Assembly: GCF_022539665.2 (NCBI RefSeq)
Contig: NC_081333.1
Location: forward strand, 11,842,001 to 11,906,000
From: Daphnia carinata
Taxonomy: Eukaryota
DNA: 64,000 nucleotides
Direction: 5' to 3'
Both the position numbers and the translations under genes were made by a program. A model generated the notes under the pieces. That model saw only the letters and a list, made by a program, of their open reading frames with translations. It ran no database searches and was not told where the DNA came from. This document shows, piece by piece, positions 39,532-53,209 of this stretch (position 1 is its first letter; the number at the start of each line of letters is the position of its first letter).

Positions 39532-40614
39532 GTTGGAGCTGAGAGAGTTCAAATGAAACTATGCTCTTTCGATGACTCCATCTGGGGTTTATATACCGCG
39601 CTTCTTGTATGAATTTGCTTTTATCCTCGGCTGGACTCGTTTTCGACACAAGCGCTGTCTGTTTCTCAAACCGGTGCATTACTACACTCCGCTATTGCAT
39701 TACACAACTTCGTTCTCATTTAAATCGACATATTTGGACAAAGGCTTTTTGCCTCTCTGTGTGCGAGAAAGTAGTCACCTCGAACCAAAAATACATCAAA
39801 AGTATTTGTTTCAATCAAACGGCTATATTTAGTTTAATTATTCAGCAAACCTTTACTGACAAACGCATTTACGGCTTACAAGTCATGCAAACTGCCCTTT
39901 CATTTTGACGGTCACGGTTTGTTAATGCATGATTGTTTCTGTCGCATAATTTCTCTCCTCAATAGTCGTATGCTTTTTAGCTTACGCTATATTGAGAATG
40001 GATTTACACATTTTCAGTACCGAGGCATCAAATACAAATAGCATTTAACCATACATCTAGTTCAGGTTACACTGGAAATTCTTCGTATTACGTATGCGAC
40101 TATTTCACTTTGATCTCCATGGTTTCGATGAATTGTACTACCATTTCTCCGGTAAAATGCATTGCACAGATGTTGATTTGCAAGAAATAGTGACCTTCAG
40201 TGAATTTCTGTGGTGAAATGGACATTGGATAACGAAAAAAGTCTATAAAGCTAGTAGCTTAAGAAGCACTCGAAAAAACGAAATAAATTCTTTTGTTGTA
40301 GCAAAGAATGAGTTTCAGCAAAAGCTAAGGAATTATTTTATTTCAACATTATGGATTATTTAAAAGAATTTACCTCGAAGATTTCTGTTTAATCATCAGG
40401 TAGCCATCAAAATCTGATTCGTTTTGGATTTTATTATTTTCAAGCTTAAATAATTGTAATATGTGGTATAAGATCTCATCTTTCACAAATATAAGGAACA
40501 CATCATTTTTAGATATCTTCTTTTTATTCCTTAATCTCTAATCAAATAATTATGGATAACATACGTTGTACAAGAATTCGTCGTCAGAATGGCACAGCAT
40601 TGTTTAGTACTGGT

Positions 40615-41385
40615 TTAGTACTTTTTGGGTGGTTTGTAATCGTTTTGGTAAGAGGTCGTTGGATAAGCTGAGGGAGTTGGGTATTTATCCGTCATGTACG
40701 GAGTAGATGGGTACATTGGTGGGTATTCAGCCTTGTATGAAGGGGTAGGATAAGGGTAAGAAGAAGGAGCCTTGTATGAGGGCTTGGGTGAAGGGTAAGA
40801 AGAAGCACCCTTGTACGGAGCCGGAGCATAGTTGTCCTCGTACTTGGGTTCTCCGGTATATTGCACGTCAGCAACGTATCCGTAAGAATCGGCCTTGTAG
40901 TTGACGGTCTGAGTTGTGCCATCGGGGAGATAGACGAAGTAGGATCCCTTAACGTTTCCATAGCCGTCACTAGACTCTTGTTGGCCGAAGTTGGTGTATG
41001 TATAGTCATCCTTTACTTTATAGGCGAAGTCGTAGGGTTGTGGAGACTATGAGAAAAGGGATGCAAATGTATAAGCTATCATGGTTCTTGCAACACTAAG
41101 TAATAACACTTACCGCATAATAGTCGGGGCCAGAATAATCTTTCTTGTTTTGATTGTAATCATTGTTGTAGTCTTGCTTGTTGTCCTTTTTGTAGCCCTG
41201 ACCGTAGTTCATCGGCTGGTAATAATCACTTTTGGCGTAGGGGTCGTTTTGGTATACTCCACCAGCGGCAGCAACGGCGATAAGAGCGGCGAAAAGGAAA
41301 ATCTTTTTCAAATTATTAACAAAGCAATGAGTAAAAAGAAGAAATGAATGGATGACTTTTGAAGAAGAAGTTGGTATACCTTCAT
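40615..41385 (-). CDS. R&R cuticular protein, family A copy 2 (208 aa)
   Basis: Exons 41385-41380, 41302-41114, 41046-40615; same architecture as A1. Confidence 0.93.
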
Positions 41386-42471
41386 GTTGGAGCTGCGAGA
41401 GGTTCAAATGAAACTATGCTCTTTCGATGATTTCATCTGGGGTTTATATACCGCAATTCTTGTACGAATTTTCTTTTCGCTGTCCTCGGCTGGACTCGTT
41501 TTCGACATAAGCGCTGTCTGTTTCTCAAACCGGTGCATTAGTATGCTCCGCTATTGCATTACACAACATCGATCTCATTTAAACCGACATGGTTGGACAA
41601 AGGCTTCTTACCTCTCTCTGTGCGAGAAAGTAGTCACCTCGAATCAAAAATATATCAAGAGCATTTGTTTCAATCAAACGGTTATATTTAGTTAAATTAT
41701 TCAGGACACTTTTACTAACAAACTCATTTGGGGCTTACAATTCATGCGACCTGCTGTTATTTTGACTCTCAAAGTTTGTTAATGCATGATGGTTTCTGTT
41801 GCATACTTTCTCTGGTCAATAATCATATGCTTTTTAGCTTCCGTTATATTGAAAATTGATTTGCACATTTTCAGTACCAAAAGATCAAATACTAATGGCA
41901 TTTGACAATACCTCAAGTTCAGGTTACACTGAAGATTCTTCATATTACTTATGCGGCTCTTTCATTTTGATTTTCATGGTTTCGATTAACTCTACTACCA
42001 TTTCTCCAGTAAAATGCATTGCACCGGCGTTGATTTGCAAGAGATTGTGACTTTCAAGGAATTTTTGTGGTGAAATGGACATTGGATGACGAAGAGCGAC
42101 TATAAAGCTAGTTGTTTACGTGGCGTTCGCAAAAGCGAAGTAAACTTTTTTGCTTCGAGCAAAGAACGAGTTTCAGCAAAAGGAAAAAAATTATTTAATT
42201 TCTATATTATGGATGTTTAAAAGAATTAAGTCAAAGATTTCTGTTTAATCAACAAGCAGCCATTAAAATTTGATTCGTTTTGGACTTCATTCTTTTCAAG
42301 CTTACATACTTATAATATGTGGGATGAAATCTCATCTTTCACAAATAGAAGGAGAACATCATTTTTAGATCTGTTCTTTTTATTCCTTTAATCTCTAGTC
42401 AAATAATTATGGATAACATAAGTTGTACAAGAATTCGTCGTCAGTATGGAACAACATGGCTTAGTACTGGA

Positions 42472-43319
42472 TCAGTACCTTTTGGATGGTTCGTAATCGT
42501 TTTGATAAGAGGTCGTTGGATAAGCTGAGGGAGTTGGGTATTTATCCGTCATGTACGGAGTAGATGGGTACATTGGTGGGTATTGACCCTTGTATGAATG
42601 GGTAGGTGCAGAGTAAGAAGAAGGAACATTGTATGAGGAAGTAGGTGAAGGGTAAGAAGAAGGAGCCTTGTATGAGGGGGTAGGATAAGGGTAAGAAGAA
42701 GGAGCCTTGTATGAGGGCTTGGGTGAAGGGTAAGAAGAAGAACCCTTGTACGGAGCCGGAGCATAGTTGTCGCCGTACTTGGGTTCTCCGGTATATTGCA
42801 CGTCAGCAACGTATCCGTAAGAATCGGCCTTGTAGTTGACGGTCTGAGTTGTGCCATCGGGGAGATAGACGAAGTAGGATCCCTTAACGTTTCCATAGCC
42901 GTCACTAGACTCTTGTTGGCCGAAGTTGGTGTATGTATAGTCATCCTTTACTTTATAGGCGAAGTCGTAGGGTTGTGGAGACTATGAGAAAAGGGATGCA
43001 AATGTATAAGCTATCATGGTTCTTGCAACACTAAGTAATAACACTTACCGCATAATAGTCGGGGCCAGAATAATCTTTCTTGTTTTGATTGTAATCATTG
43101 TTGTAGTCTTGCTTGTTGTCCTTTTTGTAGCCCTGACCGTAGTTCATCGGCTGGTAACCATCACCTTTGGCGTAGAGGTCGTTTTGGTATACTCCACCAG
43201 CGGCAGCAACGGCAACAAGAGCGGCGAAAAGGAAAATCTTTTTCAAAATATTAACAATGAAACGAGTAAAAACGAGAATGTATGGATGACTTTTGAAAAA
43301 GAAGTTGGTTTACCTTCAT
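42472..43319 (-). CDS. R&R cuticular protein, family A copy 3 (234 aa, expanded C-terminal repeats)
   Basis: Exons 43319-43314, 43237-43049, 42981-42472. Confidence 0.93.
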
Positions 43320-44386
43320 GTTGGAGCTGAGAGAGTTCAAATGAAACTGTGCTTTTTTCTCGTTTTGATGTGGGGCTTATATACCATATTTGACATACGG
43401 GCTTCTATAATGGCTAACTCGCTCTAGTTTCACAACAGCGAGGTTTAGTTTTAAATATGGCGCAACTACCTTTTATTCCTGTTCCCATCTGTAGTTACCG
43501 CACCGATAAGTATAACGCTATATGGTCTTGGCATGAAGCATTTAGATATTACGTTACTTAGAATTTGTATTTGCTGACTCGCGTTAGTGTCACGCGTTTG
43601 TTTCAGTAGCCTTCCTGCACATAGTCATTCTTCTGTGATATTCATGCTATACGTACGAGTCGTCTTGTCCAGCAATATAAATACACCTTCCACATTTCTC
43701 ACTTTATAGAGGATGAAAACCTTGAATGACTGATAATATTGCGTTGTCACCCATATCTATATTTATGGAAAACAAATATACATTATTATATGTTGTTGAA
43801 AAAGGTGACTCTTTTGTGCCGTTGCAAAACGATTGGTCTAGTAAATCAGTTTTCAAAATTACGCGTCGTAATTTTTGTCTTTGACGTGAAGAAAAGGTTC
43901 CAAACAGTTTGATGTTCAATGATACCACATATATTTAATGGGAACTATTTGACTTTAAATGTAGCGAAATTGAAAAGCGGCAACAGTTCCGAAAAACATT
44001 CATTCAGTTCAAGAGATTAACAAAACCGGAATATATTCCCAAACATAATGTTGCACCTTGCGCTTGTAATTTCCAGCTTCTAGAATGGAAATTTTTCCCA
44101 CTAGTAGAATTCATTTAAGCAAAACTAGGGCAGGAGTTGATTAAACCCATAGTATGTAGTTTAAGAAGCCCAAAACAAATAGCTCACCATAGGAGGTCAC
44201 CTTTAATGGAAAATCGCATTTACTCTTAAATTTGAAAGTAAATTTACACTGGAATGAATAAATAAATAAAAAAAATAGCTAATGAGTCTGAACGTTCTTT
44301 AGTAACCATATACCAATTCGTGTATATAAACCCCAGTCGTAAGCATCGAAAGAGCACAGTTTCATCTGAACTATCTCAGCTCCAAC

Positions 44387-45177
44387 ATGAAGGTAAGGCA
44401 GCGTTCTGGAAATTCGAATACCATAATTAGAATACCTAGTCTTTTACCATTCATTATTATTGTTTTTCAAAAAGATTTTCCTTTTCGCCGCTCTTGTCGC
44501 CGTTGCTGCCGCTGGTGGAGTGTACCAAAACGACCCCTACGCCAAAAGTGATGGTTACCAGCCGATGAACTCCGGTCAGGGCTACAAAAAGGACAACAAG
44601 CAAGACTACAAAAATGATTACAATCAAAACAAGAAAGATTATTCTGGCCCCGACTATTATGCGGTAAGTGTTGTTACTTAGTGTTGCAAGAACCATTATA
44701 GCTTATACATTTGCATCCCTTTTCCCATAGTCTCCACAACCCTACGACTTCGCCTATAAAGTAAAGGATGACTATACATACACCAACTTCGGCCAACAAG
44801 AGTCTAGTGACGGCTATGGAAACGTTAAGGGATCCTACTTCGTCTATCTCCCCGATGGCAAAACTCAGACCGTCAACTACAAGGCCGATTCTTACGGATA
44901 CGTTGCTGACGTGCAATATACCGGAGAACCCAAGTACGAGGACAACTATGCTCCGGCTCCGTACAAGGGTGCTTCTTCTTACCCTTCACCCAAGCCCTCA
45001 TACAAGGCTCCTTCTTCTTACCCTTATCCTACCCCCTCATACAATGCCCCTTCATACAAGGCTGAATACCCACCAAGCTACCCATCTACTCCGTACATGA
45101 CGGATAAATACCCAACTCCCTCAGCTTATCCAACGACCTCTTACCAAAACGATTACAAACCACCCAAAAAGTACTAA
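44387..45177 (+). CDS. R&R cuticular protein, family A copy 4 (213 aa)
   Basis: Exons 44387-44392, 44475-44663, 44731-45177; TATATAAA at 44323-44330. Confidence 0.93.
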
Positions 45178-46265
45178 ACCAGTACTAAACAATGCTGTGC
45201 CATTCTGCCGACGAATTCTTGTACAACGTATATGTTATCCATAATTATTTGATTAGAGATTAAGGAATAAAAAGAAGATATCTAAAAATGATGTGTTCCT
45301 TATATTTGTGAAAGATGAGATCTTATACCACATATTACAATTATTTAAGCTTGAAAATAATAAAATCCAAAACGAATCAGATTTTGATGGCTACCTGATG
45401 ATTAAACAGAAATCTTCGAGGTAAATTCTTTTAAATAATCCATAATGTTGAAATAAAATAATTCCTTAGCTTTTGCTGAAACTCATTCTTTGCTACAACA
45501 AAAGAATTTATTTCGTTTTTTCGAGTGCTTCTTAAGTTACTAGCTTTATAGACTTTTTTCGTTATCCAATGTCCATTTCACCACAGAAATTCACTGAAGG
45601 TCACTATTTCTTGCAAATCAACATCTGTGCAATGCATTTTACCGAAGAAATGGTAGTGCAATTCATCGAAACCATGAAGATCAAAATGAAATAGCCGTAT
45701 ACGTAATATGAAGAATCTTCAGTGTAACCTGAACTTCATGTATGGTTAAATGCCATTTGTATTTGGTCCTTCGGTACTGAAAATGTGAAAATGAATTCTC
45801 AATATAACGAAAGCTAAAAAGCATATGACTATTGGCCAAAAATATTATGCGACACAAGCCATTATGCTTTAACAAAACCTTGACAGTCAAATGACAGGGC
45901 AGGACGCATGGATTGTTAGCCCTAAATGAGTTTGTCAGTAAAGGTTTGCTGAATAATTAACTAAATATAGCCGTGTGATTGAAACAAATGCTCTTGATAT
46001 ATTTTTGGTTCGAGGTGACTACTTTCTCGCACAGAGAGAGGTAAGAAGCCTTTGTCCAAATATGTCGATTTAAATGAGACCGATGTTGTGTAATGCAATG
46101 GTGGAGTTTACTAATGCACTGGTTTGAGAAACAGACAGCGCTTATTTCGAAAACGAGTCCAGCCGAGGACAGCGATAAGAAAATTCATTCAAGAATCGCA
46201 GTATATAAACCCCAGGTGGAGTCATCGAAAGAGCATAGTTTCATTTGAACTCTCTCAGCTCCAAC

Positions 46266-47051
46266 ATGAAGGTAAACCAACTTCTTTTTCAAAAGTCATC
46301 CATACATTTCTCCTTTTTACTCATTGTTTTATCAATAATTTGATATAGATTTTCCTTTTCGCCGCTCTTGTCGCCGTTGCTGCTGCTGGTGGAGTGTACC
46401 AAAACGACCCCTACGCCAAAAGTGATTATTACCAGCCGATGAACTACGGTCAGGGCTACAAAAAGGACAACAAGCAAGACTACAACAATGATTACAATCA
46501 AAACAAGAAAGATTATTCTGGCCCCGACTATTATGCGGTAAGTGTTATTACTTAGTGTTGCAAGAACCATGATAGCTTATACATTTGCATCCCTTTTCTC
46601 ATAGTCTCCACAACCCTACGACTTCGCCTATAAAGTAAAGGATGACTATACATACACCAACTTCGGCCAACAAGAGTCTAGTGACGGCTATGGAAACGTT
46701 AAGGGATCCTACTTCGTCTATCTCCCCGATGGCACAACTCAGACCGTCAACTACAAGGCCGATTCTTACGGATACGTTGCTGACGTGCAATATACCGGAG
46801 AACCCAAGTACGAGGACAACTATGCTCCGGCTCCGTACAAGGGTGCTTCTTCTTACCCTTCACCCAAGCCCTCATACAAGGCTCCTTCTTCTTACCCTTA
46901 TCCTACCCCCTCATACAATGCCCCTTCATACAAGGCTGAATACCCACCAAGCTACCCATCTACTCCGTACATGACGGATAAATACCCAGCTCCATCTGCT
47001 TATCCAAAGGCCTCTTACCAAAACGATTACAAATCATCCAAACAGTACTAA
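46266..47051 (+). CDS. R&R cuticular protein, family A copy 5 (213 aa)
   Basis: Exons 46266-46271, 46349-46537, 46605-47051; TATATAAA at 46202-46209. Confidence 0.93.
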
Positions 47052-49231
47052 TCCAGTACTAAACCATGTTGCCTCTGCTGACGACCAATTCTTGTACAAC
47101 ATATTTTATTCATAATTATTTGTATGGAGATTGAAAAGTAAATAGAATTATTTTAACGCAATATTTCAACTATACCTTATATTTGTCTAACGAAAATACC
47201 ATCGACATTCTGAACAGCCTTGTTGAGCACTTACCGCAACCCTTGTTTAAATCAACTTATGGCAATTCGTCATAGAGTGCCAAATTCTTCCCAGAATTGT
47301 GTCTTTTAGTTTTCATACACCTAAATAAATAAATTCGTTTCGCAAACTCAAAAGAATAGATGAAATAGTAAATGCCATTTAGAATTACAATGCATCTCTA
47401 TATACAATGAAAGCAACCTAAATTGGATTCTCGATTTTAATTTTGGATTTCATCGTCTCACCGAATTTTTTTCGCATAAAATCGTCCTCAACAACAACTA
47501 TTACTTTATATATTCCATCAGTGAAAAGCTGAAAATCAAACGTCTCGGTGTATTATTCAAAGCTTTCGCCTGAATTAATGATCAACCGATAAAGATAATG
47601 ACGTAATAGCTGTTGGCAATATACTAGTACTATAGAATTTTACGTCTATTCAACAAAATAATTTGTAGCCAAAATAAAGAACCAGATTTTATTTGATCAT
47701 ACAAGCATTCAGGTTTTTACCATGCTCATCCATAATGTTGAATGGTTCGCATTAAGCCATTCAAACTGTTTGGAACGTAATGGCTAGTAATCAAGAAAAC
47801 CTCGTTCCAGATCTCTTGGTGAATTTTTAATTGCAAATTCGTCGGTTAACAAGCGCGTATTAATAGCGAATTTTTCTTTCTTCTCCTCGCCCTTTTTTCC
47901 TTGAGCCAGTTTGAAGGAAAAAAAAGCGACCGTCACGAGCCTGCAATGTGAAACTTTTATTTTCAAATTGTGGCTGGACGAAAACGAACTTGTGAATTTT
48001 TTGGCGAGAAGAAAGTATGAAATCACTGAGCGTTCCGCGTGAGTCTGTCGCTCTTGTTTGCGGTGTAGGGAACACTTTCATCACTTGCGCTACCCTTGCG
48101 TGTTTCGGTATATTTTTTTTTTCGGCAGACGAAAGCAGATGACTTAGTCACGATTCGGAGATAAGTGATGCCCAGCCTCTCTGTTTAGCCGAATGGCAAA
48201 TGTTAGGGATGTTGCAGAATATTTCGTAAGCTATATTTAACCTCAAACAATCGAACTTCAGCCATGAAATTCTTATAGTAATTTCAGTTTGGATGTTTGA
48301 AGGCAAAAGCAATCGAGAAATTCAAATATACCGCGGGGGTTTATGCAATCAATATAAGAGGTAAACTTGTTGTGACAGAAATAGGACCTCATTTCACCAC
48401 TGGTTATTTTAGCTTCAAAGATAATGTCCTTTTTAGTTCAATATATTTGTATAATACAACCTCGATTTTGTGGTCTCGTTTGTCATTTGCCCATCGACTC
48501 TTTAATTGCCTGGCAAAGTTTAGTATTTGCTTGAAAAACCTTCTTTTGCATTCTAACTATGCTAGACTTTTAGGTAATGACGTCAAACTATTCTTCAAAC
48601 AGGTATCATATAACTAATTCCTTTCTTTCTCATCGGCCGATACAATAAAAAACTGGCGAAGACATAGAGCTATTGCCCAATATTTAAAAAAAAATGCACA
48701 CAATCATGAAATTTGATATGAAATTGCAGAAAGGGGGCAAACGTTGAAGAACCCAACAATCGTATGCAATAAACAAAAATGCTGTCACGAAAAAAAAATA
48801 ATAAGGTAATGAAGCGAAGCAAACGCTGAGAAAGGAAAGTACAAGTGTGCGTACACGCTTCTAGATTATGGTCGCAATGTGCCAAACAAAATGAATCGTG
48901 ACATAACACGAACTGATGGGAGAATCGTGTAGTACAGCGTGCGTTGACGTCATTACCATATAGCGCTGCTTGTAGCGAAGAGGTGAGTAACTTTCTTCGC
49001 CGGTGCCACCGGGGAGGCCCTTTCGAGTCCGTCACCATTGGATGAGCATTCTAAACCCAAAACTGTGTCAGCTGTACTCAGGACCCGGTGACTGATCTAA
49101 GTGTGTAATAAATGGGTAAACCAAGATCTCCCTGCAAACGCCACGCCCACCAAGCGATTTGAAATCGTATAAAAGGAAAGCCAAAACGGTTTGAAAAGCA
49201 TCAGTCTCATTTGAGTCATCGCAAGTTCAAC

Positions 49232-49980
49232 ATGAAGGTAAAACTGACCGTGTCTTGCAGCAAACTTGAGTCTAAAGATATTAACACACTTTAAATATTC
49301 ATCGCTCAGGTCTTTCTCTGCATCGTTCTCGTCGCTTTGGTTGCCGTTAATGGCCAATCGTATCCTAACAGGCCTTCCTACAAGTCACCGGCCTATCCAT
49401 CACCGAGTTATCCGACGTACCCTAAACCTTCATACCCATCTTATCCCAAACCATCGTATCCTAGCGCAGATTACGCCAGACCTGCCTACCCACAGACTTA
49501 TGAGGTAAGCATATCGAATTTTGAAAGATTCACGGTATACAAGCCATTTCATTATGTGGACTACTTTCAACACAGACACCAACGCCGTACGATTTCGCAT
49601 GGGAAGTGAAGGATGCCTACAGTTACAACAACTACAATCATCAAGAGACTGGTGACGATAAGGGCTACGTTACTGGATCCTATAGCGTTGATCTTCCCGA
49701 TGGACGCAAACAGACTGTTGCTTACAAGGCTGATGATTACACCGGATACGTCGCTGACGTCAAGTACGAAGGAGAAGCTAAATATCCTGAAAACAAGCCA
49801 GCTCCTTACAAGCCTGCTGCTTATCCGGAATATAAACCAGCCTATTCTTCGCCCTCGTACCCAAAGCCATCCTATCCTAAACCGCCTTACAAGAACGATT
49901 ATCCAGCTCCTTCTTATCCGTCATACCGACCTCCGTCTTATCCTTCGTATCCCGCACCTAAATACCCCACCAGATATTAA
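49232..49980 (+). CDS. R&R cuticular protein, singleton B (201 aa; YPKPS/PAY repeats)
   Basis: Exons 49232-49237, 49310-49504, 49576-49980. Domain PYDFAWEVKD...HQETGDDKGYVTGSYSVDLPDGRKQTVAYKADDYTGYVADVKY. TATAAAA at 49168-49174 and Inr-like TCAGTC at 49201. Confidence 0.93.
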
Positions 49981-50856
49981 AGTATTTTATAAAAATTATT
50001 CAAACATTATAATGCAAGCCTCATATGACAAATGCAAATTATTCTTATCAAATACAATTATTGGAAAGAAGTTTTGCCTAGACCTTTCAATTATTGGTGA
50101 ATGCTTTCGATAGGGGAAAAAACAAATGAGCGCATCCAAAAACTTAAAATTTGCTAGGATTCTAGATCGAAAGTAAGAGTATTAATATAATGTTCAGGAA
50201 TTCATTTTTGTTTATTTGTTTTAGTACATAATGGACTTTTATTTTACTGGAAGCGCAAAATTTTTGATGGAATCGCTGGGATGTGGAAAAGTGGAGTTGG
50301 TTACAGAAGTTTGTGTGCACTGTCCATCTTCATTATCGTTTTAAATAACGATTAAGATAACGATGTGCCACATAATGCTTCGCAAATGTGAAGGCCTTTC
50401 GATTGATTATCCTACAAAAAAAAACGTGAAGTGAAATTGTTGGATAATTCGTGAAGAATGTCGAAATTTGGACTTCACGTTTTATTCCCATTTCTTTGTG
50501 TATACATGTAATTGTGTACACTGGCTTTGTGAAAATTTAAATGGCGAAACAAATTTTTCACACAAGATTTTAGTTACTTTCTTTATTGTAAAATTTACAA
50601 TAAATTGGCTGAAGAGAAATTGACAAAATAAAGTGACGGCTGGTTGTTCAGTTATGTAGCCTAAATACAAAGACATCGGTCAAGATAGTCTCGTTTTGCA
50701 ACGATCAGTGCAGCAGGGTGTAATCAGCGAAGACTTTTCACGGCGTTTGCACAGAAAAGTAACATTCCAAAAGACTTTGGTTTTCTTACTAAGATAGAAT
50801 GTATTTTAGTTCAAGATAATTTGATTTACAATGGACTTATAATCGTATTCACGCAT

Positions 50857-51613
50857 CTAATATTTGGTTGGATATTTGGGTGATGGATAAGCTGAGCTTG
50901 GATATGCAGGGCTTGGGTATTTCGGAGCGGAATAAGCTGGGCTTGGGTATTTTGGAGCAGAATAAGCAGGGCTAGGGTAAGATGGGCTTGGGTACGCTGG
51001 GCTTGGGTAACCAGCGGGTTTGTAAGCTGGCTTGTATTCCTTGGCCTCTCCGTCGTATTTAACATCAGCGACGTATCCGGTGTAGTCATCGGCTTTGTAG
51101 TCGACGATCTGAGTGCGACCATCAGGAAGAAGAGTGCGGTAAGATCCGGTCACGTATCCTTTATCATCAGCGGTCTCTTGGTGAGCGTAATCGTTGTAGG
51201 AGGGATCATCCTTTACGGCCCAGTTGAAGTTGTACGGCATGGGGGCCTACAATCCAATGCATTAATCGTTAGATAAGATAAACAAGAGGTTCTTTTCGTG
51301 ACTTACATATTCAGGAGTCTTGTAAGATGGAGACGGATAGGCAGGGGCAGGGTAGGCCGGAGCTTTGTAGGCCGGAGCTGGGTATGCTGGTGCGGGATAT
51401 GCCGGAGTAGGGTACTGTGGCTTGGGGTATTGTGGCTTGGGGTACTGTGGCTTTGGGTAACCCTGGGAGGCTACGACGGCGATGAGGGCAGCAAGAACAA
51501 TGATCTGCAGTTTAAGAATAGACCAAAACGAGATATTGAGCTCACATGAAAGACATCAGTATTTGCTGCTATCTAGCCAAGTTTTTGTTGCTGCTTGAGT
51601 TCCTTACCTTCAT
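50857..51613 (-). CDS. R&R cuticular protein, family C copy 1 (197 aa)
   Basis: Exons 51613-51608, 51504-51307, 51246-50857. Domain PYNFNWAVKDDPSYNDYAHQETADDKGYVTGSYRTLLPDGRTQIVDYKADDYTGYVADVKY, flanked by YP(K/S/A)P(Q/A/S) repeats. Confidence 0.93.
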
Positions 51614-52394
51614 GTTGATGTGTTGGAAGTTTGGAAGTAACTGTGCCTTCTCGGTTGTTGGAGAGGAGTTTTTATACCGGTGGAAAAAGAAATCGAATTA
51701 GGGTTGGACCAACCAAACACCACGAAACCATCGGCTGGCCTTCAATGTCGACCTATCACTTTAAGAAACTATGGGATTTTTGTGAAACTTTGCTGTGTCG
51801 CTGTATTTTCAAATGTTCTGTCTGAAATATTCAGTAGCAATATGTATTAGCAAAAGGATTTTGTGACAGTGTCCCAGTTTGACAAGTTCTTTCGCTTACA
51901 TGTAATACGAATAAGATTTAGATCTTAAAAAAAATTATGGCAGTTACGATTATGGAGAAAATCTTTCACATTTTCCAAGAGTTTTATTAATCGGGAAGTC
52001 TACTGCAAGAGTGCAGGTTTAGGAGCCTAACAGTTCCAGCAGATATTCATAAAATCGAAATTTGGATATCTCTAGTTAATTCACTTCTGATCTCCCGGCT
52101 AAACTTACAGGATCATTTTGTTAGACCAACTTGTATCACACTATCATGGTGCAGTTGTTCATGCACTGATTTTTCAAATTTAATTTCTACGGAGGTTTGC
52201 CTTATATACTGACGTTTTTTAATGTGTGCTTAGCTGTCCAAAATTATCGAAGTTAAACTAGGGATTAAAACTTTCCATGCGGAGTTTCAAAAGCTTTCCA
52301 TTATGTTATCATTTCAATTAGATGATGCTGGAGCCTTAAATGCTGTAGTTGCTAAAGTTGTAAAAAACAACAGTCTAGTTGCGACTTATTTTTC
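51000..52394. repeat. Recent direct duplication; second copy at ~57590-58978 (gene body plus ~0.8 kb upstream)
   Basis: Introns and intergenic DNA are near-identical at an offset of ~6585; identity ends at gcgacttatttttc (52394/58978). Confidence 0.9.
51671..51744 (-). promoter_or_regulatory. Family C core promoter: TATA box plus a conserved upstream motif (representative copy)
   Basis: On minus: TGAAGGCCA ... CCCTAA(C/T)TCGATTTCTTTT-N-CCGGTATA(A/T)AA ... CACAGTT ... CAACATGAAG. The TATA and adjacent motif recur upstream of all 8 C copies, with variants in C6 and C7. Confidence 0.7.
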
Positions 52395-52461
52395 TTTGAA
52401 AACATGTATTTCAGTTCGAGATAATTTAGTCTACGGTTGACTTTTGATCAGGCAAGTTCAT

Positions 52462-53208
52462 TTAATACTTGGATGGATACTTAGGTGATGGGTAGGCTGG
52501 GCGAGGATATGATGAGCTTGGATATTTGGGAGCAGAATAAGCAGGGCTTGGGTAAGTTGGACTTGGGTACGATGGGCTTGGATAACTAGCGGGTTTGTTA
52601 GCTGGCTTGTATTCCTTGGCCTCTCCGTCGTACTTGACGTCGGCTACGTAACCGGTGTAGTCATCGGCTTTGTAGTCGACGATCTGAGTGCGACCATCAG
52701 GAAGAAGAGTGCGGTAAGAACCGGTCACGTATCCCTTGTCATCAGCGGTCTCTTGGTGTGCGTAATCGTTATAGGAGGGATCGTCCTTAACGGCCCAGTT
52801 GAAGTTGTATGGCATAGGAGCCTAATATGTTGTAAGAAATGTGGAAATGAATACCAGGTAATGGTTTTTACGTGCTAAACACTTACGTATTCCGGAGTTT
52901 TGGCATAAGCCGGAGAAGGATAAGCTGGTGCAGGGTAGGCTGGAGCTTTGTACGCCGGAGTAGGGTATGAAGGTGCAGGGTATGCCGGAGTGGGATATTG
53001 CGGTTTCGGGTACTGGGGCTTAGGGTACTGTGGCTTGGGGTAACCCTGGGAGGCAACGACGGCGATCAATGCAGCGAGAACGAAGACCTTTGATAAACGA
53101 AAAGAGGAATCCCAACAACATATTCAATTCACAGAAAACACTTCATTTTTGCTACCATATAGCTACTTTGTACTAGTTTCTGTTTCTACTTGAGTTTCTT
53201 ACCTTCAT
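52462..53208 (-). CDS. R&R cuticular protein, family C copy 2 (188 aa)
   Basis: Exons 53208-53203, 53087-52887, 52821-52462. Confidence 0.93.
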
Positions 53209-53209
53209 G

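Larger units (their letters stand above)
38645..47150. repeat. Large inverted duplication: arm ~38645-41310 (A1+spacer+A2) versus arm ~44465-47150 (A4+spacer+A5), with A3 in the central spacer
   Basis: The A2 3' flank (e.g. 40201-40600) is the near-exact reverse complement of the A4 3' flank (45190-45600). The A1 3' flank (38645-38745) mirrors the A5 3' flank (47052-47150). Confidence 0.9.

Noticed and set aside
38824..46974. Repeated alternative-frame and antisense ORFs (MTIHTPTSANK..., MHVSNVSVRIG..., MVLATLSNNT...)
   Set aside because: They recur only because the cuticle genes are near-identical duplicates; they are frame shadows of biased Tyr/Pro codons.
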